A stretch of 64,000 nt of DNA, taken from assembly GCA_013265495.1 (NCBI GenBank), contig MU058584.1, positions 5,794,407 to 5,858,406 of the forward strand, in the 5' to 3' direction. The notes beneath the pieces are model-generated. The model saw only the letters and a list, made by a program, of their open reading frames with translations. It made no database searches and had not been told where the DNA came from. The number at the start of each line of letters is the position of its first letter. Within the stretch, counting starts at the first letter, position 1. The position numbers were made by a program, and so were the translations under genes. Source of the DNA: Vicugna vicugna (lineage: Eukaryota). Shown here piece by piece: positions 51,474 to 63,668 of this stretch.

Positions 51474-52296
51474 CTGCAAATAAAATACAAAATTATACTC
51501 ATATCTATGCGCTAAATCACAATTTTACAGCACCTTCAGGAGGTCCCTACAACTTTCTTTTAAGTTCAAAGTATATGCTTACTAATCCTGTCTGAGGTAA
51601 GAGATTACTCAGACACAGGTAAAATTAAATTTGCTTCAAAACTGATGCATAGTTGTTGTGTTTTTCATATTTTAGCCTCAAGTTGCTGATTGTTGCTGTT
51701 ATGCTTATTTTTGACATTTTTTTGTGCCTACTTTTCTGCTGAGCTGTCAAATGAAACTGTTTGGTATTTAGTATGTATATTTTCACAGAGTTCTTTGGTC
51801 CTTAATGAACTATTCATATCTAGATTAAATGTTAAAATCTCACACTTGACTAAGATGGGTCAACATTTCAAATACCTAAAAGAATTAGGTAACCAAATAG
51901 ACACTACTGAAAAAAAAAAAAGCAGTACATTTTTTTTGTTCAACTAAAGAGAAACACATCTTGAGCAATTCAAATGACAAGACCACACATTTTCTTCACA
52001 CTTTAAAAACATGTTTTCTGAAGTGTGTGTCAATGCTCAGGCCGCCCCAGTGTTTAGTCGTGCTAATTTTAACAAGATAATAGTATTTCCAGAACCTCCC
52101 CAGAGATAAGTCAAGGAGAAGAAACCGACACATCTGAGAGGAGAGACTCTAGGAGCACTTTTTAATTTACAGCATTTTCAGTTTTTTTAAACCCAAAATG
52201 AAATGTGTTGCTTCTTGTCCTTTGCCTCCTGCTTCTGCACTCCCAAGAAGAGGGTCTATCTGAGCAGCTGGAAACTTTTTAGGCTGAAACGCTTAC

Positions 52297-52299
52297 CAT
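52297..52299 (-). CDS. SELL: L-selectin initiator ATG exon (coding part)
   Basis: gagcaaaatcATG|gtaagc; the spliced CDS totals 1122 nt = 373 aa plus stop. Confidence 0.88.
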
Positions 52300-52740
52300 G
52301 ATTTTGCTCAGTCCTCCTCTAGTTCTCTCGTACGTCAGCCCCTCAGCTCAGCACCTGGGGTCTCTGGGTCCTTGCCCAAGGCTGGGTGAGCAGGGAGACT
52401 GCACTGTCACCAGAAAGGCTTACTTTCTTTTATCTCTTTAACCAAGGCTCACATCCTCCTCTTCCCCTGCTCCCTCCCCTTCCCCCACCTCTTCTGCTCC
52501 TCTTTCCCCACCCCTTTCCTGGTCTGGCCTTCCACACCTCCCCTGAGAAAAACAGAGCTGCTGACCAAGGGTGTTAATTACTAGATTCTCCCTTCTTTCC
52601 CTCCTTTCTTCCTGCCCTGTTTCCTCCCTCCTTCCTTCCTTCTCCTCCTTTTTCTTCTTCTATCTGTCTCTCTCTGTCTCTCTCTCTCTGTCTCTCTCTC
52701 TCTGTCTGACTCCCTCCTTTCCTTTTATAAACAATAGGCT
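52300..52740 (-). promoter_or_regulatory. SELL: SELL 5'UTR and proximal promoter with KLF (CACCC), ETS and Forkhead motifs
   Basis: ccccacccc at about 52506-52514; TAAACAA at 52728-52734; GGAA cores. FOXO1 and KLF2 control of SELL is established; these specific sites are inferred. Confidence 0.55.
52586..52726 (+). repeat. Pyrimidine-rich tract with (TC)n/(TCTG) microsatellite
   Basis: Nearly pure C/T sequence ending in tctgtctctctctgtctc repeats. Confidence 0.85.
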
Positions 52741-53069
52741 AACTCCAGGCTATTCATGGTAGATGGCCCCTGATAACTGCAAACACCACACAATCAAGAA
52801 AGTGTTTTGGATAAATGTACAATGTCTGTTAATGTCTTCAGTAGAGCTACTCAACTGACTGGATGTTCAGCCTTTTCTCCTCTTCTTTCCTTGCTCTCCC
52901 CCTAGTGGACATTCTTGTTAATGGCACCTCCTGAAAAAGGTGAGCTGGGAAGAGACCAAAGTGGCTCTGGCTTTTTGCCCTAGCAGGTTTCGGAGCCTGC
53001 AAATGCCTTTATACTTTTGGAGCATAAAGTGTAAAGGAGATAGACTGCACATAAAATTAGGACCCATAT

Positions 53070-53869
53070 AAAGTCCACAAATGACAAATGCTGGAGAGTC
53101 TGTGGAGAAAAGGGAACCCTCCTACACTGATGATGGGAATGCAGTTTGGTGCAGCCACTGTGGAAAACAGTATGGAGATTCCTCAAAAGACTAAAAGTAG
53201 ACTTACCACATGACCCAGGAATCCCGCTTCTGGGCATATATCCAGAAGGAACCCTACGTCAAAAATACAGCTGCCCCCCAATGTCCATAGCATCACTGTT
53301 TACAATAGCCAAGACATGGAAACAGCCTAAATGTCCATCGACAGATGACTGGATAAAGAAGGAGTGGTATATTTATACAGTGGAATACTATTCAGCCATA
53401 AAAATGACAACATAATGCCATTTGCAGCAACATGGATATCCCTGGAGAATGTCATTCTAAGTGAAGTAAGCCAGAAAGAGAAAGAAAAATACCATATGAG
53501 ATCGCTCATATGTGGAATCTAAAAAAAGAAAAAAGAAAAGAAAAAGACAAATGAACATAAATACAAAACAGAAACAGAATCATAGACATAGAATACAAAC
53601 ATGTGGTTGCCAGAGGGGAGGGGAGTGGGAAGGGACAGACTGCGAGTTTGAAATTTATAGATATTGACAGGTATATATATATAGAATAGATAAACAAGAT
53701 TATACTGTATAACACAGGAAAATATATACAAGATCTTGTGGTAGCTCACAGAGAAAAAGAATGCAACAATGAATATATGTATGGTAATGTATAACAAAAA
53801 TTGTGCTCTACACTGGAAATCGATGCAACATTATAAACTGACTATAACTCGATAAAATAAAATTAAAAA
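53070..53869 (+). mobile_element. 5'-truncated young L1 (ORF2 C-terminus, 3'UTR, A-tail) with TSD
   Basis: [13 protein letters not shown]...IPLLGIYP...LFTIAKTWKQPKCPSTDDWIKK; TSD aaaattaggaccc(a/g)tat at 53053-53069 and 53870-53886. Confidence 0.93.
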
Positions 53870-54249
53870 AAAATTAGGACCCGTATGATGGAGGGCAATG
53901 GAAAGGAAGAGTCACTGACATAACCAGATTTGCGTTTTTAAACGACACTACATAGCAACAATGGCTATGGAGCTCAACGCTCGTATTTGTTACCTATTTA
54001 ATTCTCATAAAGCTTAAATACTACTACTCCCCAGTAAATGTCGTTATTATTCTCATTTTTTAAAGTCTCAGAGAGATTAAGAAAGTTGCATTAGTCACAG
54101 AGCTAATAAAAGACACAGTGGGGGTTTTGAACCCAGGCCAGTCGGTTCTGAAAACTGTGCCCCTGCGTAGTAAGCCGCACGTCTGGAGGGAGCTTGGAAG
54201 ACATGTTGAAGTGGGGAGCAACCTGGAACCAAGATCTGGAAGTGCCAGT

Positions 54250-55710
54250 GCTCCCATGACACCCCAAAAGAAATGTCTAGGCTTTATATTTCTAAGTCCT
54301 CTCCTTCAATTATCTCCCCACCCTTGTCCAACCAGGCTTTCAACCACACCCATTCCCTGAGACTGCTCTTGCCAGGGTCCTCCACTTTAACAACGCCAAA
54401 AGCCAATTACCCGTCCCCATCTTATTTGACCAGTCGGCTCCTGGTTTTCCTCCTCTTCCACTGACTGTTCCCTCTCTGTTTCATTTGTTGTCATTCCTTC
54501 ATCTCTCCAACCACCAAACCTTATTTATCCTCGTGGACTTGATGATCCAATTCGGTCTCTTAAAATTGAATATCACCGAAATGCTGCTGACTCTCTAAAT
54601 GCTGATGAAATTTCTATTTCCAGCCAGGCCATCCCCCTGCCCTGTTTGGGAATGTTCCTCATTCCCAAACAAATGCCTACCCAAGAGCTCCACTTAGTTC
54701 TTTAATAAGCCTCTCAACTTTTACATGCCCTGAATTGAACTTCTGAATTTCCTTTAAACCTGATAAGGTCTTCCTCTAACCTTTCCTGTCTCAGTAAATT
54801 ATAACTCCATCCTTATGATTATTTAAGCCAAAGTCCTTGGAGTTGACTGGGACTTCTCTCTTCTTCTCATAACTCATATCCAATATGTAAACAAATTTCT
54901 TTTTTCTTTACCATCAAAATAGTTTCAGCATTCGATCACTTCTATTGTGCATCATCTGTCACCTGTATCCCTGTTGCCATAGTCTCCCATCTGGACTCCA
55001 TGTTTCTACTCCTTTTCTTTATGGCCTGTTTTCAACAAAGCAATTTAAGTGATTCAGTTAAGCTGAGTATCATTCAGGGACCCAGGCAGAAACAAAATTG
55101 ACCCCGGATGGGTGAGTTCTTCACCCACTAAAGAGCCTTCAGTGGAGGGACCACTTACAATAGATTAGCAACAAAGTTAAGAGAACAAAGCAGAGAAAAT
55201 GAGGTACCCAGAGACAGGCAAGACAGGAAGCTGTTGCATCCCCAGGACTGAAGATTCAAGAGGAGAAGATAATGTATCAGAACCCAGTAAAAACTGGGAT
55301 CCTAGAGGAGAAGTCACCCACCAGGAGCTGTAGTGGAGAAGGATGCAGCTGCTTCCAGAAACAGCACCAAAGCAGGGAAAGAGTGGGTAAGAAATACCCT
55401 GACCACACTCTCTTCTCACTCTCTAATCTCCTTTAGAGGCCTCTGATTCATCAAACTAATTGGAAACCAGCCCGTCAGTGACAGGGTGATACGGTCTGCA
55501 GGGGTCAGCCTCCGAGGACACCAAGCAGAGAAGCGTGAGAATGGATGCCAGGTGAGAGTGGGAGGGGAAGATACCAAGCAGAAAAGAACCCAAGTCAGAC
55601 CACATCACTCTTCTGTTCAAGACCCTACAACAGCTTCTCACCCCACTCAGAATAAAATCTAAAGTCCCTGTGTTGGCCTGCTAAGTCTTAGGTGATCAGG
55701 CCCCCAGCTC
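54250..55710 (+). mobile_element. L2 LINE fragment interrupted by an LTR
   Basis: L2-like pyrimidine-rich sequence on both sides of the LTR (resumes at caagtcagaccacatcactcttctgttcaagaccct); approximate. Confidence 0.6.
55064..55580. mobile_element. Old ERVL-type solo LTR (LTR41/LTR33-like)
   Basis: Purine-rich block with TG...CA ends (tgagtatcattcaggg...gataccaagca) embedded in L2; family assignment from memory. Confidence 0.5.
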
Positions 55711-56506
55711 CTTAGTCGTTTTTGGCCTCTGAGATTTCCATTCTTTTTTGTAAGCTTAGCTAGTCATTTAAAACAAGCTGTTGTAATTCATCTAGCAATT
55801 TTAAATATTACACCGGTAGGGGGTTTCAGAAGATTAATCCTCTATATTTCCAGAAGCAAAAGGTCCAACGTTTAATAAATGCCAGTTAAATGGATGGATA
55901 AATGGATAAACAAACCTCTTTTTGGTCATAAATTATAAATGTCCTTTTTTTTTTTTAAAGGAAAGACTTTACTTTTTTTAAAGTCTTTTTTCTGGATATC
56001 TTTGTTATTCTATTAGTTTGCTGGACATTTCTGTTCTTCTTTAAGAAGTATAGAAAAATCCAGGGCTTTCTTCAAAAAGCTGGTTTAGGTTTCTTGGCAC
56101 CCAGCCTAAACTATGTCAGATCCCAGAGTTGCATCATGTCTACATGGTCCCTTGCCAGAGGGAAGGAGCAACCACAGGTCCCATCCAAAGGTTTTGTTTG
56201 TTTGTTTTGGTATGGTGGGGGAGGCTATTTAGTGAATATTGTCAAATATACATGCAATCTTTTCACTTTTCTATACATTTGAAAATCTTCCCTTAGAGCA
56301 AGGTAGATTTCTGGAAGATGTGGACCACCTCAACTTAGCCCCTCACTAAATTCCTCTCCCTGAGTTCTTCAGTGCTGTTTTTGGCTTTTGTCAAAGATTT
56401 TTTTCATATGGATGCTTTTGAATCATATGGATGGATCCTGTGTTTCTTGAAATTTTTTTTTCTTGAGAATACAGTGAGAAATTTGCTTTAAACTTAGCGC
56501 ACATTG

Positions 56507-56890
56507 ATTTATCCTATGGAATATGACTTAGCCATAAAAAGGAATGAAGTACTGATGCGTGCTATAACATGGATGAATCTTGAAAACATTATGTTCAGTG
56601 AAAGAAGCCAGACATAAAAGGCCAGATATTGTGTGATTCCATTTATATGACGTATCTAGACTAAATCAGTCCATAGAGACAGAAAGCAAAGTGGAGGTTG
56701 CCAGGTGCTGGGAGGAGGGGAGAGTGAGGACTGACTGCTTAACGGGTGCAGGATTTTCTCTTGGTGCAATTGTTTTCAGCTAGACGGAGGTGATGTTGCA
56801 TAACACTGTGAATGTACTAAACACCACTCTGAATTGTACACTTTAAAATGGTTGCTTTTATGTTATATAAATTTCTTCTAAATTTAAAGA
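56507..56890 (+). mobile_element. L1M (L1MB-like) 3' end
   Basis: gccataaaaaggaatgaagtactgat...aaagaagccagac...tgaattgtacactttaaaatggtt. Confidence 0.85.
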
Positions 56891-58319
56891 AAAAGTGCAC
56901 ATTCAGCCTAAAGAGAAGATTTCGAGTGGGAAAGGTCACAGGAACGTGGTAGCAGACAGCTGAAGGGTGGTCAGGGCGACAGGCATTATTAGGCTTTTCT
57001 ATGGTCCCAAAAAACAACCACAAAATCAGAGAGATGGAAACCAATACTGGGGGACCACTGGCCCACCATGAGATAACTGAGGGAAAGGTCATTGGATGCC
57101 ATTGAAAGCAGCAGCCCTAGGTCCGTAAAAAGGACTGACGCACAGCCCTTCCCGAGCCTACACGCCTATCACAGGGGACCTCAAGGTTGACTTCTTCACT
57201 GCTGCGAGCCAAGGCTGCATTCACTGCTATTACCAACATCAGTTTATCACGGGGATAAGAAAGACAGTCTCATGCAACAGCCTGAAGGCCTTGCTCCAGA
57301 CCAGAGTTAGACCTAAATGTACATCTTGCTCCACCACCCTTTCAAGACCCAATCCACCACAGCTACCTGTTTTCCCTACACTTGGAAGATAAGCCCCTCT
57401 GATCGACTTTTGTCTCCCAGGCAATTCATCCAAGTTGCTGACTCCTGACCTGTTGTTTGCTCTCCTCCCAAACTCTTCCTTGCTATCCTCTGGAGTTCCT
57501 GCTTCACAATCAACAAATTCCCGTCTATCCTCCAGCTCCTCCCTATACGTTCCTCTACCTCCTGGCTTTCACAGGATCCTGGCCTCCCCAGAATATCACT
57601 TTCCCTGCAGATCTCTCAAAGTGATAAAGTTTATTTCCTCACACTCCGCACACCTCAGGATTGGAAGGCAGAGTTGGCGTCCTCCTTTATGAAGAGTGCC
57701 TCTTACCAATCTACAGTCTTTTGGCCTCTTACAAAAATGAAAAGAAGAAATAAAATAATCCTGCTTCTTTGAAGCTCATGACCTTGAGGCATACTATCTT
57801 CTCACTGTTTACATTGCAGTGACTTCCCAGCCTCTCGTGCACTTGAGACTATGGCACCTGGCTCCTCGTCTTCTTCCTTTAAGCACCTCCTGTAATCCGA
57901 TTGACTTCATCCAGGTGCACAGCCCAGCCCACAGCCTGGATTCCCAATTCTCCAAAAGCATTCTCCTCCACCCAGCTTGAGCTAACTTCTCTCCTAGGAA
58001 TAGCCTCTACCTTGACATCACCCCAAACTGTATCAACTCTAAAATCACATGATCAGACATCCCACTCTTTAATCACAGTCTCTTATTCTCGTAGGTTTAT
58101 TGCTCATTGCATTGCTTCTTAATCCTACCTCATTGAACCTCTAAGCCGTTAACTGGTTCCTTTATTTCTAACCATCAGCTTTCTCCTTCTTTATTTCCAT
58201 TTTATTCTGTTGCCTAACGTATCTTGTTCTGTAACCGGACTTAAAATTTTTGCCATCTGAGACAGCTCATTCCATTTGTGAAAAGCTGCTCTGCTCCCGA
58301 GGATGAGCGCAAATCTGCA

Positions 58320-58800
58320 TTCATCCATCCACTTATTTATTTGTTCATTCAATAAATATTTTTGAGCATCTATTATGTGTCCGGAATATGCCAGGTTCTA
58401 GGAATACAGCAAGAAACAAGGTACTTTAGAATTGAGTGAGGAAGACAGATCTTAAACAGGTACACAAATGATGATTTAATAACAATTACAGGAAGGAAGG
58501 AAAATGTGAGCTGTAAGAGCATTAAAGAGGTGATTTGGTCTCAGGAGTCAGTTGTGGTGAGGGGAAATTTAAGCAGAGAACCTGAAAGATGATTTGAAGT
58601 CAACCAGGCAAAGAATGGGGGGTTGCTAGATAGGAAGGGCGGGTAACTGCAGGCAAAAGAAAGTGTGTTCAAAGGCACCGAAATGGGCAGAAACAGCTCT
58701 CCGATGTGGCTGGAGTGCAATGCCTGCAGGGGCATGGTGTGAAATGAGGTTGGGAGACGAGCAAGGACAAGTTTTTTATAGCTTCTGGGCTGTGTAAATG
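58320..58800 (-). mobile_element. L2 LINE 3' end
   Basis: ttcattcaataaatatttttgagcatctattatgtg... is an antisense L2 tail. Confidence 0.7.
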
Positions 58801-59996
58801 ATTTGGAACCACAGGACATCTCAACAGCCAACTGAGGGCCTGGAGATGAGTGAGTTTGTGGAGGTTTATCATGCAGTGCAGGGACGATGATAAGGACCCG
58901 TTCTGAGAGCTATCAGTGGGAACGGAACACAGCTGATAAGAGTTATTAAGAGAACTATTGATAGGATTTGGTACCTTTGGGAAATCAAGGAGAAGAAAAA
59001 AATCTTTGGCCAAAACTAGTTGATTGATTGATTGGTTGTCAAAGACAGGAGGCCTGTCTTACTGCTACATGCTCCTTTGTAGCCAAATGATTTTATAAAC
59101 CAGCAGCATGGCTGTACAGAGGCAAATGAGAGAAATATTTTAATTTCTCTTGGCTTAGAATCTTTTGGGAGAGGGAAGCTAAAATTATGAGGTAAAATCT
59201 GTACTTATTATTTCTGACTGAAAGAGGCCCAGAGGCTCTTGCTGGTTACATAGATTTTTATTTTCTTTCATTAAGAAGCTCTCTTTTAATCTTCTAATCT
59301 GCTGACACCAAGTTCCACTTCTGACTTCTGTGCTACACTTGCCCATGTCCATTTGACTTGGGCACCTGTTTTCCTTCTGAATACGTATGATTTGTTCAGT
59401 TTATTCTCTTTTTTTTAGACCCAGGAAAGCCAACATTCCTACTTTCTCTATATTTCAAGCTGATGTCTCAACTGTGTGCTCATTTCAGTCCTATATAAAA
59501 ACAGCCCTAATTAGCAGGGGATATCCTTGTTTTTCATGTTTTCTTTAATTTTCCTTTAAATAATACTTAAAGACAAAGTATAAAATCAAAGTGAAACCAA
59601 CTTTAGCCTATGTCAGTGGTATTGCCACAACTTTTTCAGTCTGGATAACCAAGCCAAATATTAATGTTTTCTTAGGAATTTCAGATATTCTGATTCTTTG
59701 ATAACAGATCCTTGAGGTGGCTTTTTAGCTTGGTACACAAGCTTGTGTGTTGACACTCTTCTAGAGAGGAGAAGACGTATTTTGGAGGGGAGAACTACTC
59801 TGGCTCTCTTCCTGGAGAATAACTGAGTCTAGAGAGTAAATCAAGGTGAATGAGTTGACTTGAGCAGAGCCTCAAACTAAGATGGCATGATACAAAGGCT
59901 CCAGGGTGGGTTCTTTGCTCCACTGACCTTACCAATTTTTTAGATTATTAATATTTTTTAGACAACTGTACAGTATTGATGCAAGAACCTACATCT

Positions 59997-60715
59997 ATAC
60001 CTCCTCATACCCCCTGGGATGGTGATAGTCAAAAAGAAAGACAGTAACAAGTACTGGACAGAACATGGAGAAATCAGAGCCTTCATACATTGCTGGTGGG
60101 ATGGTAAAATGGTACCACCCTTTTGGAAAACAGTCTGGCAGTTCCTCAAAAAATGAAAGATGGAGTTACCATATGGCCCAACAATTCCAACTCTAAGTGT
60201 AATGCCCAAGAGAACTGAAAGCATATGTCTACTCGAAAACTTGTGCATCAGTGTTCATGGCAGCATTATTCACAATAGATAAAAAGTCGAAACAATCCAG
60301 ATGTCCATCAGTGGATGAATAGAAAATGTGGCATATCCATACCATATAGAGTATTATCCCACCATTAAAAGGATGAAGTGCTAGTACATGCTACAGAGGA
60401 GATGAGCCTTGAAAACAGAATGCCAAGTGAAAGAAGCCAGACACGAAAGACCACAAGTTGCATGAGTCTATTTATGTGAAATGTCCAGAACAGGTAGATT
60501 TATAGAGGAAAAAGTAGGTTAGTAGTTACCAGGGGCTGGGGAAGATGGAGAGTGACTACTAATGGGTTCTGGGTTTCTTTCAGGGGGTGACAGAAATGTT
60601 CTAAAGTTAGATAGTTAGATGGTCACACAGTCTTGTGACTATACCAAAAACTGTTGGATTGTCCGCTTAAAGATCGTGAATTTTGTGATATGTGGGTTTT
60701 ATCTAAGTAAAGTAG
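59997..60715 (+). mobile_element. L1M 3' fragment (ORF2 end and 3'UTR)
   Basis: ttggaaaacagtctggcagttcctcaaaa...gcagcattattcacaatag...aaagaagccagacac. Confidence 0.88.
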
Positions 60716-60744
60716 AATTCTTAAGAAAGAGCCTGCACACAGAG

Positions 60745-62551
60745 CTAAATAGAAGCACGTTTATTATCAACCTTTATAGCGCCATGTCAAATACAAGAGG
60801 TATGACATAAGCTTAAATAAATAATAAAACACTGTAAAGTATTTTAAATCATAATCTTAAATACCTTTATAAAACCCTAACACAGACTGTATTTACAGTT
60901 CACACAGCTATTTCCAGTGCTGTGCATGCAGATATTTACAACTTTTGAACAATTTCAGAGAAGAGGATCATTCATTCCATCTGTAGGCCTTTTGGGTCTA
61001 GCTTCTTTCACTGAGTATTATGTTTACTTTTGTTTTTGCCTTTGCCAGTCTGCAGCCAACACTACCCTGAAACTCTGCTTTTTTTTTTTTTAACACATCC
61101 TACGTTAATGAAAGGGTGGAGGAGTTTGGACTCCCATATCATCCTTCAAGTTTGGAGCAGTTCTGGCAATCTCCTTGCTAGTGATCAACTGGAGATTCCT
61201 TAGGAATTTTAAACTCCCAAATAAATAAATATAGATACTTGCTCATACAGGCTTGGCTCTCTTTAAGAACACCCTAACAAGCAGAATAAGACAATTAGGG
61301 AATCATTATTAGACATCTTCACTTTTAAAAAATCCCCTGGACAGATCCTTTATACGGCAAGTTCATATCACAGGTTCAAAATCATATGTAATATACAAGA
61401 ATTATATGTTGACACATGACATCTGACAAACATCTTTGTAGGAATGCCAAGAACATTTACATTCTATGAGTGTTTTTCCAAAAAAAGACACTCACAAAAC
61501 TGTACCTTCATTTGTTTGCATTTATGCTTTTATCAAATCAGAACATACGGCCTCATGGAAGTTTCTTGTCATGGAAACCACATCACTCTGAAAAAATACC
61601 TGACAGTGTACAAATGAGTGCCATTAGGGCTTGGCTCTCCTAATACTACTCACTTTAAAAAAAAAAAAAGGAATTGCAGTCAAACATTCAGCACTTTATA
61701 CTAGTTAACATCACACATGGCTGGGGGAAATGTATTTGTCTTTTTGAAATAAATTTTACTCTAGGCATCACATTAAAATGTGTTAATACACAAAGGTCTA
61801 GGCTAAGTAGCTTTTGCCCTACCGTAATCCTAGCATTTATACATTTTTAAGTCCCTACAACACTTGTACTGAGTTAAGACTTACTGAATTTATACATTAT
61901 TCAATACAAGTAAAAAGAGCACAACCTCTGAGAACAATTTAAAGTCACCGAATCCCATGGGGATGAAAGTGACTAAGACTGTACTTGCTAATCCTCACAC
62001 AGAGGACTGAGTAGAATTTCCACCATTAACATCCTTCCCATGCACTCACCTTGTGGCATTTAAAATCCGTCCCTTTTCCCCCCAAGACAGTTAATAGAAT
62101 GTATTTAGCCATGTGTCTCCTCTAAACTCTTGACAATTCGTAACCCATACCATGGCAGCAGCTACATATTCAGCAACTGAAGCACCATGAGGGACAAAAG
62201 AAACAGTGCCACAAAATATTGTATTTCACCACCGAGATTTCACAGTGAGCAAAGGGATAGTTAGAAAAGGAATTCTGAGATTCCAGAGCCTTAGTCTCTC
62301 CGCTTTTGCGTGGGAAAGAATATTCCTTCCTTCCAGTAGCCAGCACTGGAAAAGGGAACACTGAGTCTTTTTGGTGGCAGGCTGGCCTTGCCCACTGGAT
62401 TTGGGTCCATTGAAGTCCTCGTGGGTCCACGGTCCCAGCCGTAGAGGCAGCCAGCAGGTGCAGGAGGTGAGAAGGGCCAGAGATCCAAGGAGAGCTCTCT
62501 GTGTCTACTATCTTCAAGGTGTCACTCTAGATCCCTAATTTTCCTGTGTTC
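60745..62551 (-). other. SELE: SELE terminal non-coding exon (3'UTR, AU-rich)
   Basis: Acceptor taattgcag at 62552-62553; resembles the E-selectin 3'UTR; AATAAA at 60760-60765; ATTTA clusters. Confidence 0.85.
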
Positions 62552-62694
62552 CTGCAATTATAAGAGTGCATGCCGTCAGGACATTTAACATTTTGCATGC
62601 TAACAGCAACAACAGAATTCACCTTCTAGCACTGACGACTGTGTACACTCTCACAAGGCTAGTCCGTACATGAATACCAAAATCCTACCTAGGA

Positions 62695-62992
62695 CAGTAA
62701 AACTATTCCATATGATACTATAATGGTGGGTACATGTCAGATACATTTGTCAAAACCCATTCAATATACAAAACCAAGAGTGAACTCTAATATAAACCGT
62801 GGACTTTAGTTAATAATAATGTATCAATATTGGTCCATCAACTGTAACAAAATCCCACACTAATGGAAGGTGTTAATAATTGAGGAAATTGGAGGATGGG
62901 GTTAAGGGGCTGTGTTGGAACTCTCTACTTTCTGCTGAATTTTTCTGTAAACTTAAAATTAAACACGCAAAAAGTCTATTAACTTAAAAAAA
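62695..62992 (+). mobile_element. L1MC-like 3'UTR fragment
   Basis: aactattccatatgatactataatggtgg...catttgtcaaaacccat...ggactttagttaataataatgtatcaatattgg. Confidence 0.75.
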
Positions 62993-63043
62993 ATCGATTC
63001 AGATGGGATCTGACTGTTCCAAATTCTCACAAAGACAAGCCAA

Positions 63044-63270
63044 GTGGTTAAGAATACGGATTCTAGAACCAGACTGCCTAGGTGTGAATCCCGGCTACAC
63101 CGTTTACTAGTTTTGAGATTTCAGGCAAGTTACTCAACTTTTCTGTGCCTCATTTTCTTCATCTGTATAATAATAAATATAATAGCCCCTGTCTCATAGA
63201 ATCCTATCTTAGAACAGTTGCTAGAATATAGTAAGTTCCATGCAAGGGTTAGCGGTCACCGTTATTATTA
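63044..63270 (+). mobile_element. MIR SINE
   Basis: Near full-length match to MIR consensus (gtggttaagaatacggattctagaaccagactgcct...ctgtgcctcattttcttcatctgta). Confidence 0.85.
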
Positions 63271-63483
63271 ACTTTCATAAACGAAATGGCCCAATAAAGG
63301 CCAGATCCTGGTTTCTTTCCTCTCCTTCTACAGAGAAATGGAACAGCTTTCCATAAAATACCATGAAGGTAGTGATTTCTCCCCCTAGAATCCGACATAT
63401 TTGGAAGATTCGAGGAACGACAGAACATGTACCTTCTTTCAAAACTGTATATGACCTTCAAGTCTTACCTGATTCCTTTGGAC

Positions 63484-63541
63484 TTAAATTAACTCAGAAG
63501 GCATTTGGTAGGATCCTTCTGATTGAAGGCTGTGACTGCTG
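63484..63541 (-). CDS. SELE: E-selectin last coding exon (73-nt exon 63469-63541, stop at 63484-63486)
   Basis: cacag|C AGC AGT CAC AGC CTT CAA TCA GAA GGA TCC TAC CAA ATG CCT TCT GAG TTA ATT TAA gives SSSHSLQSEGSYQMPSELI*; donor gtaaga 15 nt after the stop. Confidence 0.92.
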
Positions 63542-63646
63542 CTGTGGAATACATAAAAACATTAAATAAATCACTGTTGCCAAACATGAAAAGAGACAAA
63601 TGTGCAGAACGTGCAGTGGCATGCTATATACAAAAATGCAACTTAC

Positions 63647-63668
63647 CTGGAAGGGACAAATTTTTTTG
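63647..63668 (-). CDS. SELE: E-selectin 22-nt cytoplasmic microexon (AKKFVPSS)
   Basis: ttcttgcag|CA AAA AAA TTT GTC CCT TCC AG|gtaagt; matches the E-selectin KKFVPAS motif. Confidence 0.92.

Noticed and set aside
53146..53415. 89-aa ORF with protein-like sequence
   Set aside because: C-terminal fragment of L1 ORF2 in a 5'-truncated copy, not a host gene.
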